DNA of 64,000 bases from a bacterium (GTDB lineage Bacteria; Patescibacteriota; Minisyncoccia; Phycocordibacterales; SBAW01), in contig JBAXFJ010000001.1 of assembly GCA_037139975.1 (NCBI GenBank), positions 48,586-112,585 on the forward strand, given 5' to 3'. The position numbers and the translations under genes were made by a program. The notes beneath the pieces are model-generated. The model saw only the letters and a program-made list of their open reading frames with translations. It was not told where the DNA came from and ran no database searches. How positions within the stretch are numbered: the first letter of the stretch is position 1; every line of letters begins with the position of its first letter. This document shows positions 56,604 through 64,000 of the stretch, piece by piece.

Positions 56604-57083
56604 ATGAGTCCTGAGAATCTTAAACAGCTCACTAAAAAAATGTTAGAGCTCCTCGGTGCAGAAGAAGTTTCAATAGTAGTCACCACTGGGCACAGAACCG
56701 TGGTAGCAGTGATCACACAAGAGAAAGACGCTGAACGGTTTGTTGGAAAAGATGGTGAGCATCTGCGCGCGCTCAACAACGTGATGCGCCGCCTGGTTGA
56801 AAAAGAGCATAACCTGCCCGAACGTCAGGCGGGCGAAAAGTCCCCAGGCTTTTTGATTGATATAAACGGCCACCACGAAGCAGAAGCTGAAAAGGTCCGC
56901 ACTGGTGCGCGGGTTTTGGCGCAACGTGTGCGCCTGTTTAAACACGATATCGAGATGGAGCCCATGTCCTCCTATGAGCGCCTCGTGGTGCACGAGCTGT
57001 TTGCTGAAGACTCTGAAATCAAAACTGAATCAGCAGGTGAAGGAAAATTCCGCCACATCGTCTTGAAATACGCTAAAGCCTAA
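56604..57083 (+). CDS. Jag/KhpB-like KH-R3H RNA-binding protein
   Basis: GKDGEHLRAL and EPMSSYERLVVH. Confidence 0.85.
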   Translation: MSPENLKQLTKKMLELLGAEEVSIVVTTGHRTVVAVITQEKDAERFVGKDGEHLRALNNVMRRLVEKEHNLPERQAGEKSPGFLIDINGHHEAEAEKVRTGARVLAQRVRLFKHDIEMEPMSSYERLVVHELFAEDSEIKTESAGEGKFRHIVLKYAKA

Positions 57084-58323
57084 CGCCCCAGAGGGAGCGG
57101 TCGCCGCGGGTGATGTAGAGCAAATATTTGCCATCTTGTGAGAGCGCCACTTGAGTGATGTCGGCCCTCTCTCCGCCTTGCTTACTGCCGGGGAGAGCGA
57201 GCAAGCTGGTGACACCGTACTGCACATCGAAACTAAAGATGCCGTCTTGGCTGTGGGCAAGCCCCATGTGCCATAGGTCGAGGTAGTCGGGTGAGACGCT
57301 CGCGAGCGGTGCCGCGCACACGGCAACCACAGTGTTGAGTGGATTCCACACACAGCGCTCGGGAAATGGGTTGAATGGAAGTGGTGCGTCACGCCCGGTC
57401 TGTACGTCGTGGACAAAGCTGGCGGGCAACGCTCCCCCACCCTCGTTTTTTTGGAACAGTACTTTTGAAAAGTCGTTGTTGGCGCTGGCGGTGAGACCAG
57501 GCGCAGTGACGAGCAGCGAGGTGCCTCCTGTTTTGACTGAGACCGAGAAGGTGACCCCCAGCAGGCCCGCTGCTGACTTGCTTTGTGCAAGGAGGATGCC
57601 CGCACTTGGCCACGACACCACGAGTTCCTCGAGTGGCAGTGAAAAAAGTTTTTTACTATTAAAGCTATTAGTGTTGGTCACATACCCGCCCGAACCCACA
57701 CCCTCTTGCAGGAGGTATGTAATTGACTGCCCGTCGGGAGAAACAGCAAGACTCGTGATGCCGGCTGGTAAAAAGTGCACCCGTGGTGGCGTCTGCCCCG
57801 CCGCAAGCGAGCTCGATGCTACAGGGAAGCCAACATACACCGTTTTGACCGTGCCGCCCTCAGTGTATTGAGCCACCATACCACCCCCCTGCCCCAACCA
57901 AAGCTCTGTTGCGAGGCCAGGGATGGTGGTGTTGGAGACGATACGGGCAATGGCGCCCGGCACGTCGAGCGGTATGTCAAATGTGTGGCCGTTGTCCGCC
58001 ATGGTATAGCGCGCGAGCGTGGTGGTGGGGTTGCTTGTCTGTATAAAAGTCGCACCAATCACAGGGCCCTCAGCGATTTTAAAGATTTTGCTTGTGGGCA
58101 CCGCTTGCCCAGCATACGTACCGTCCTGCACCACGTTGGTACTGGTGCTGTTGCCGCCGGTTGAAAAAGTCACGCTGTTGCTGCTGCCAAACAGCCCGCC
58201 CACAGCCTTGATGGGGCTTGGAGCCGTCTTTGGAGACACCAACGCCCACAGGAGCCACAGTAAAAACACCGCCCCCAGAAGCGCAACCGACCAAGTGATT
58301 ATTTTTTTTAATGTTTTGGACAT
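57073..58323 (-). CDS. Membrane-anchored beta-propeller protein
   Basis: Start MSKTLKK plus a TM helix; SPDG and SQDGKYL blade motifs. Confidence 0.65.
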   Translation of the reverse strand: MSKTLKKIITWSVALLGAVFLLWLLWALVSPKTAPSPIKAVGGLFGSSNSVTFSTGGNSTSTNVVQDGTYAGQAVPTSKIFKIAEGPVIGATFIQTSNPTTTLARYTMADNGHTFDIPLDVPGAIARIVSNTTIPGLATELWLGQGGGMVAQYTEGGTVKTVYVGFPVASSSLAAGQTPPRVHFLPAGITSLAVSPDGQSITYLLQEGVGSGGYVTNTNSFNSKKLFSLPLEELVVSWPSAGILLAQSKSAAGLLGVTFSVSVKTGGTSLLVTAPGLTASANNDFSKVLFQKNEGGGALPASFVHDVQTGRDAPLPFNPFPERCVWNPLNTVVAVCAAPLASVSPDYLDLWHMGLAHSQDGIFSFDVQYGVTSLLALPGSKQGGERADITQVALSQDGKYLLYITRGDRSLWGVRL

Positions 58324-58328
58324 GTTTT

Positions 58329-59270
58329 TTAAGGTGCCACACCAATTCCACCACCGTTTGTTGGAATAACGGAAGAACAAATGCCAGTTTGCATCTTTTG
58401 ACACGCTGGTTGACTGCCCGTAAAAGTTCCTTTGAAAATAGTCCCCACAAAATGAAAGAACCCCTGAGGACAATCAAGATTCTGGTTTGGGTTGCTTGGA
58501 TTTGCAATAGTAAAAATTCCATTACCCTGGGAGCATAAATTGGCGTCTAATTGTGTTTGTGTGTAGTTTGGTTGCCCAGCAATGGTGACAACAGAGTTAT
58601 TTGTCACAGGATTAAGGGCTTGGTTGCAGCTGATGAGTTGTGGGTTGATGGTGTTGAGGATGATGTACGAACCAAGCAACAGGAGCAGTCCCCACACCGA
58701 CGTCTGCAAGCTCATCTTTGCAGCAGCCTTGGTGCCCACCACTGCTGAGGTCATGTACATGATGCCCGAGTAGACAAACGACACCACGGCCATCAGCCCA
58801 CCGAGGAATATAGTCAAACGCAGCAACCCATTCAAAAGTGCACAAAAATTTGCCTGCCCACCTTGGGGGATGAAAGGCAGCGGCTCAAGTGGGCGGTAGG
58901 TTATAAGAATACTTGTCTGAGTGTCGTTTGCACCGTTGGTTTGGTGAACAGTGCCGTCAGGACACCCCCCGCTTTGAAGAGAGTAGACTGGTAAAAATGT
59001 ACCATTGTCTTGCTTACTAGCACACCCAGTTATTCCAGAGGGAGTTATTGGAGGCACAACTATAGGTGTTGTTGCTGGTGCGGTGACAATTGGAGGAGCT
59101 GGAGGTGTTGGTAATGCAGACGCTGGTGTGCCATTAGGAAAAATACTGCATGTGCCGTCAGGTTGGGAGTACATCCCATTAGCACAGGCATATGCTGACG
59201 TAGGAGAAATAAATAAGACCGAACTAAACAATACTGCACTTAATCCAACCTGTGTAATGAAGTTTTTCAT
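58329..59270 (-). CDS. VirB2/TrbC-like pilin-domain protein
   Basis: Signal peptide and Cys-rich region; GIMYMTS...AK..L...GLLLLLGSYIILNTINP. Confidence 0.7.
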   Translation of the reverse strand: MKNFITQVGLSAVLFSSVLFISPTSAYACANGMYSQPDGTCSIFPNGTPASALPTPPAPPIVTAPATTPIVVPPITPSGITGCASKQDNGTFLPVYSLQSGGCPDGTVHQTNGANDTQTSILITYRPLEPLPFIPQGGQANFCALLNGLLRLTIFLGGLMAVVSFVYSGIMYMTSAVVGTKAAAKMSLQTSVWGLLLLLGSYIILNTINPQLISCNQALNPVTNNSVVTIAGQPNYTQTQLDANLCSQGNGIFTIANPSNPNQNLDCPQGFFHFVGTIFKGTFTGSQPACQKMQTGICSSVIPTNGGGIGVAP

Positions 59271-60340
59271 AGTCCAAAGAGTGATGAGAAGAGCGATTTG
59301 GCGGCTTGGCCAAAGGTGATTTGCAGATTGTTTTGCGCTGCTTGGACGAGCTTGCTGTTGTCGGTGTTTTGAATAGACACGCCCACCGCGGCGGCGCCTG
59401 CCCCCTGCCCCGTCTGGCGCAAGGTGAGCATGCCGCGCGCGCTGTCGGGGCCGTTTGCGTCTTGCCCGCCGAGCGTCCACGCATAGAGGAGGTTGCCGTT
59501 TTGGACGCTCGAGTTTGCAAAGTAGTAGGGCTGTGCCTGCAGGGTCACCTCGCTCTGACCCAGCGAGAGGTTGTTTTGGAACGCGCCGTCGAGCAGCTCG
59601 CCGCGCAGCGCATCGTGGTCATAGATTACTACCTGTGGGTTGCTTGCAGGAATGACAATGTCGGCCTGCCCCACTTTTTTGCCATTAAACAAGACGTCCA
59701 CGCTCACCGCTTCTTCGCTGTGCAACTGGCTGCCATCAAACCCAAAGACGTTGCGCCCCAGGCCTGAACTTGCGGGTTGCGCGTCCCCATTCAATTTCCA
59801 TTGAAACGAAAGTTTGTCGACTCCAAGCAGCGAGCGGCCCGAGACGATGGTAGGGAACGCCACCACACGCACATGCGAACCGGCGCTGTAGAGCGCTTTG
59901 CCCAAGTAGAGTGGTGGTACCGAGGTGTCTGCCTCCCACAGCAGGTTGACTGTGGACGGTGCAAAGACAAAGTCTTTGCTGAATGAGCCGTTGGTGGGCG
60001 ACTTGATGTCGACGTGGATGTGCGTGGCGCTCCCGACGCCACCAGTCATAAACTTGAGTGTCGACTGCCCCACCCCGCTTTGTACTACTTTGTCGTTCAT
60101 ACTCCAGGTGATCTGTGAGTCGCCCAAGAACGTGCCCACACCGTTTATTTCAATATATTCCAGTGCGTTGGGGCCAGGGGTTTCGGGTGAGAGGATATAT
60201 TGCAACGGGTCGGGCGCTGCCCCGCCCCCGCTGCCCGAGATCTGTGCGTGGGCGAGGTGCCCGCCCATAAGCGCAAAGAAAAAGAAGGTTGGTATGAAAA
60301 GAAGCGAGAGGAAAAATGTGTATGGGTGTTTGTGGTGCAT
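59267..60340 (-). CDS. Secreted Ig/PKD-like protein
   Basis: Signal peptide AHAQ; LLWEADTSVPPLYLGKAL; repeated FxW motifs. Confidence 0.65.
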   Translation of the reverse strand: MHHKHPYTFFLSLLFIPTFFFFALMGGHLAHAQISGSGGGAAPDPLQYILSPETPGPNALEYIEINGVGTFLGDSQITWSMNDKVVQSGVGQSTLKFMTGGVGSATHIHVDIKSPTNGSFSKDFVFAPSTVNLLWEADTSVPPLYLGKALYSAGSHVRVVAFPTIVSGRSLLGVDKLSFQWKLNGDAQPASSGLGRNVFGFDGSQLHSEEAVSVDVLFNGKKVGQADIVIPASNPQVVIYDHDALRGELLDGAFQNNLSLGQSEVTLQAQPYYFANSSVQNGNLLYAWTLGGQDANGPDSARGMLTLRQTGQGAGAAAVGVSIQNTDNSKLVQAAQNNLQITFGQAAKSLFSSLFGL

Positions 60341-60341
60341 A

Positions 60342-61085
60342 TTATGCGGCGCGTGCAAAAGGAGCACGGTTTACTGCGGTTGGGGCATTAGCATTTGCTG
60401 GCGGTGCTTTTTGGGTGATACCATCGAACGAATTTTTGAAATTCAGAGGCGTTCTTTGGGCTACGGCACTGTTTCGCTGATTGTCGTTTGCAGGAGTTTG
60501 CCCACCAAGTGTGCGCGCCACTTGTGCCCCAGCGGACACCGCTCCTGCAACTGCCCCGACCCCGCCCTTTGATGTCACTGCAGTGGCGACTTTTGCCACA
60601 GCAGACAGCACACCGTTTCCCTCTTTTGCTTTGGCTTTGAGGACACAGCGCACCGCCATCACCGTCCAACCCGGGGCCACATCGAGCCCGGGTATCAATT
60701 CAAACAAACTGCCACCCACAACACTAGTGAGGTCAAACATTCCAAACATCCCAAGTGCCGTCACTAATGCTGAACCAAACACAATGCTGACGCAGATGTT
60801 TATTGCTATCCCAACCCCGATGCCGAGGGGTACGCCAAAAGGGCTTGCGAGCGCAAAGGTCGCACCCGCTATTGCGCCACACTTTACGGCATCGATGACG
60901 CCTGAAATAACATTGCCCGCAGAGTTGTAGCAGACAGCTGCCCCGGCGGCTGCTCCTGCTGCGCCCGCGCCAATAGGTGTTGCTGCGGTTAAAGCACTCC
61001 CCATCGTCAAAAACGCCCAGCTGAGTGCTGCTTGCAAGCCGTCTATAAATAGTGCAAATAAAATAACGAGCCCACCTTTTGCCAT
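60342..61085 (-). CDS. Hydrophobic Gly/Ala-rich membrane protein of the T4SS-like cluster
   Basis: Multiple TM helices; FELIPGLDVAPGWT. Confidence 0.6.
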   Translation of the reverse strand: MAKGGLVILFALFIDGLQAALSWAFLTMGSALTAATPIGAGAAGAAAGAAVCYNSAGNVISGVIDAVKCGAIAGATFALASPFGVPLGIGVGIAINICVSIVFGSALVTALGMFGMFDLTSVVGGSLFELIPGLDVAPGWTVMAVRCVLKAKAKEGNGVLSAVAKVATAVTSKGGVGAVAGAVSAGAQVARTLGGQTPANDNQRNSAVAQRTPLNFKNSFDGITQKAPPANANAPTAVNRAPFARAA

Positions 61086-61118
61086 GCTCCTATTGTACCC
61101 TCTATTTTCTTTCCTGTT

Positions 61119-62966
61119 TTATTTTGTTGCGGGTGTCTGTGGAGTAGTGGATGTTGTGGGGGCAAGGTCGGCGCGCTGTTTGCGCAGGGCAAGCACCTGT
61201 GACGGGTCTGAGGTGATGATTTGGTCTTCGGTGTATGAGGCGATGACTTTGATGGCCACGTGTTTGAGTCCTGCAAAGAAAATCCCCTCCCCCACGTCTG
61301 ACTCGAGCAACAGGTATTTCTCTTCGTCCGAAAGATTAAACGTTTTTTGCAGATTGTCGATGGTTGAAGGCGACTGTTTGAGGAGAATTTGAATGCTGGA
61401 GTTGGTGATCATGGGCAGCCCATAGGGGCTTTTGAGGAAGTCGTCGACGTCTTGGGTGATGGTGGCAAGCCCGAGGAAGTATTTGCGACCGCGCTTGGCG
61501 AGCCCATAGAGGAAGCTCGCGGTGTCGTCGCTCTTCATCATCCACCACGCCTCGTCAATGACCAGCAAGCGTTTCTTGAGGTTTTTGCGCACGACGTTCC
61601 AGATGAAATGGGTGATGAGGTACATCGCCACGGGCTTGAGGTCATCTTCCATGTCGCGGACCGAAAAGACCACGAACTTTTTATTGAGGTCGACGTTGGT
61701 TGGCTCGTTGATGAAGCCCGACCAGGTACCCTTGGTGTACTTGGAAAGACGCTGCACCAAAGAGTCTGACCCTTCCATGCCCGAGAGCACCAGTTCAAAG
61801 TCAGAGAGCAGTGGCGGCTCCACCTCGGCAAAATTGCTGTCGACGGTGATGTCTTTGAGCGCATAGGTCTCGGTGATGGCGCGGTCGATGATGGCGTCTT
61901 CTTCGGGGGTGAGGCCACCAAGCATGAGGCGAAAGAGTCCCACCAGTGCCACGATGTTGGAACGCAAGATGTCTGCGGCGCTTTCGTCTTCACGCGGTGG
62001 GGTGAGGTCAAAGGGGTTGATGTGGTGTTCGGAGTTAAGGCTGATGTTGAAATAGCGCCCCCCCACCGTAGTGGCCAGGAATTCATATTCGCGCTCGGGG
62101 TCGATGACGATAACGTCGGTGTCGAACATCAATGTGCGAAGGATCTCGAGTTTTGTGGAATAGGATTTACCAGAACCCGACTTGGCAAAAATCACCGAGT
62201 TGTAGTTTTCGAGCGAAAAGCGGTCAAACAAGACGAGTGACGCGTTGTGCCGGTTGACGCCATAGAGGATGCCTTTGTTGGAGGTGAGATCAAACGAGAC
62301 AAACGGAAAGATGGATGACAAAGGACTGGAGTTGAGTTTGGAGTTGACCGAGATTTCGTCGAGACCAAGCGGCAAGGTGCTGCGGAAACCCTCCACCTGC
62401 TGAAAGAGCGCTGGTTTTATATAAATCAGACGTGACTCAAGCATCGACTTGATCTCAGACTCGGCTTTGTTGAGATCTTCCAGGTTGTTGCCATAGAGCG
62501 TGATGTATACGCCCACATCAAAGATCTTTTCTTGTGCTTGCTGCAGTTGGTCGCGCAGCGTCTCGAGGTCTTGGTGGGCGGTGTCGAGCATCGGGTCGCG
62601 CACCAACCCTTTTTCCTCGCGTGCCATGATCTGTGACTGTACCTCAGCAACCTTTTTTTGGAACTTTTTGAGAATATCGCCCGAGTCGATGGGGTGGATA
62701 AATACTGAAATGTCGAACACGCGGTCGAGGTTGATGATGGGCGAAAACCATGAGTCGGTCAGCGTGCGTGGGTAGGACATCACGAAAAATGTGCGTGCTA
62801 TTTTGTCGCCCAGGTTGATCTCGCGCGGCGTCACCTTGAGCGCCGAGGGGGCGATGACGTCTTGCAGCTCCAACACGCCCTGCTTGTAGATCTGCTCGGG
62901 CAGGATGGACGCCATACCAACGGGTGCGTTATTGTTTTTTGGTTTTAAAAAGTCGAGTAGTGCCAT
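61119..62966 (-). CDS. VirB4-like ATPase
   Basis: Walker A AKSGSGKS, VIDPEREY, INPFD, Walker B LVIDEAW and KRGRKY...TQD. Confidence 0.9.
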   Translation of the reverse strand: MALLDFLKPKNNNAPVGMASILPEQIYKQGVLELQDVIAPSALKVTPREINLGDKIARTFFVMSYPRTLTDSWFSPIINLDRVFDISVFIHPIDSGDILKKFQKKVAEVQSQIMAREEKGLVRDPMLDTAHQDLETLRDQLQQAQEKIFDVGVYITLYGNNLEDLNKAESEIKSMLESRLIYIKPALFQQVEGFRSTLPLGLDEISVNSKLNSSPLSSIFPFVSFDLTSNKGILYGVNRHNASLVLFDRFSLENYNSVIFAKSGSGKSYSTKLEILRTLMFDTDVIVIDPEREYEFLATTVGGRYFNISLNSEHHINPFDLTPPREDESAADILRSNIVALVGLFRLMLGGLTPEEDAIIDRAITETYALKDITVDSNFAEVEPPLLSDFELVLSGMEGSDSLVQRLSKYTKGTWSGFINEPTNVDLNKKFVVFSVRDMEDDLKPVAMYLITHFIWNVVRKNLKKRLLVIDEAWWMMKSDDTASFLYGLAKRGRKYFLGLATITQDVDDFLKSPYGLPMITNSSIQILLKQSPSTIDNLQKTFNLSDEEKYLLLESDVGEGIFFAGLKHVAIKVIASYTEDQIITSDPSQVLALRKQRADLAPTTSTTPQTPATK

Positions 62967-62987
62967 GATGTATTTGTTTAGTATGCG

Positions 62988-63668
62988 CTATTGTTTTGCC
63001 AGCTCGGTGATCTGAAGTGGTTTTTCAAGTTCGCCCGGGTTGAAGAGTTTGTAGAAGAGCTCAATAATCTCTTCAGTGCCGAGGCTGGCAACGCGTACCC
63101 CTGTGCGCACCAGGCCTTGTTCGATGACCGCAACACGCTCTTCTATTTGAGCACGATATTGTTCAAACACCTCGTCGGGTATGGTACTGCTCGTGCCGTT
63201 GCTGCCGCTTTTGCCGCTCGAAAAGAAACTGCCCAGCGCCCCAAGCGCGCCACCCTTGCGCGCGAGTAGCGCGGGGTCATAGGACACAATCACAAAGAAG
63301 TTCTTGGTCATGATGTTTGCACGCTCGGTAAAGTCTTTGATGAACGAAATGTATTCGCGCACCTGGATCTTCATCAGGTCGTCGAGTGTTGCTGCGTAGC
63401 GCTCCTCAAGCAGGGCGACATAGGGGCGGATGTCGAGGGCGCGTGATTCAACAAAAAACTGGACCGTAAACTCGAGCGAGTTGAGGAAGTTTTGGAACTG
63501 TCCAATGACCGCCTCTTGTTCGTCGGCAGACTTGAGCGCCAGGTTGATGGACGACGCCATCAAAATGGCGCGCAACGAGCCGTCTTTAAGCACCACGATG
63601 CCGCCCCGCACCTCCTTGAGGGGAACGAAGTCCTGAGTTGCTTGTGCGTTTTGTGCTTGGTTGGCCAT
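62988..63668 (-). CDS. TraC/VirB4 N-terminal-like conserved protein
   Basis: TQDFVP, INLALKSADEQ, FLNSLEF and ELFYKLFNP; upstream of the VirB4-like gene. Confidence 0.7.
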   Translation of the reverse strand: MANQAQNAQATQDFVPLKEVRGGIVVLKDGSLRAILMASSINLALKSADEQEAVIGQFQNFLNSLEFTVQFFVESRALDIRPYVALLEERYAATLDDLMKIQVREYISFIKDFTERANIMTKNFFVIVSYDPALLARKGGALGALGSFFSSGKSGSNGTSSTIPDEVFEQYRAQIEERVAVIEQGLVRTGVRVASLGTEEIIELFYKLFNPGELEKPLQITELAKQ

Positions 63669-63670
63669 GG

Positions 63671-64000
63671 TTATATTTCAAATACGGTGGGGATGGTTTT
63701 GCTCGTCCCCACGTCTGAGCGGTCTTTGATGTTGAGCGACCACGCCAAGTCTCGCAGTTTGCTTTCAGTGACATGAGGGACGTCCATGACGCGGGATTCT
63801 GGCGCGGGGCTTGGCCGCGCTGTGGGCTCTACTGTGGATACGCGCTGCTTCCAGATGTAGAGCTTCTTGCTTATGAAGAATCGAAACGCGTGTTCAACTG
63901 CAACAATAAATGGCCGATCATTGACCGTATAAAATGCAAAAATTAGTGCCAGCACCACAAACGGCGTTGCCGCCAATAGCGCAAAGAAAAATGGGAGCAA
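63671..64000 (-). CDS. PrgI-like membrane protein (5' end outside the window)
   Basis: TM helix, then AFYTVNDRPF...KKLYIWK. Confidence 0.65.
   Translation of the reverse strand: MLPFFFALLAATPFVVLALIFAFYTVNDRPFIVAVEHAFRFFISKKLYIWKQRVSTVEPTARPSPAPESRVMDVPHVTESKLRDLAWSLNIKDRSDVGTSKTIPTVFEI

Overview
A chromosomal window from a Patescibacteria/CPR (Parcubacteria-like) bacterium. The lineage is inferred from compact gene packing, an alpha2-type GlyRS, an IleRS-phosphatase fusion, a short PolA, many pilin-like proteins and a PrgI/VirB4 cluster. It spans the replication origin (dnaN-oriC-dnaA-rpmH-rnpA-yidC-jag) and holds housekeeping genes (aaRSs, a dTMP cluster, ruvA/B/C/X, murE, a class A PBP), seven tRNAs and a 6S-like RNA. 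The main finding is a family of tRNA-3'-end elements built as attL - segment X - INVERTED complete attP - segment Y - attR. One copy at tRNA-Arg(GCG) encodes a large serine recombinase whose C-terminus crosses the att site. It also has four short cross-pairing inverted matches that would fold a single strand into a junction-locked attP duplex. A recombinase-free twin-cassette copy sits at tRNA-Leu (XRE + pilin; XRE + rhomboid). A degenerate copy and miniature versions follow other tRNAs. Separately, related 70-90 bp palindromic elements are inserted in frame in ileS, argS and holA. All calls are by eye, without database searches.
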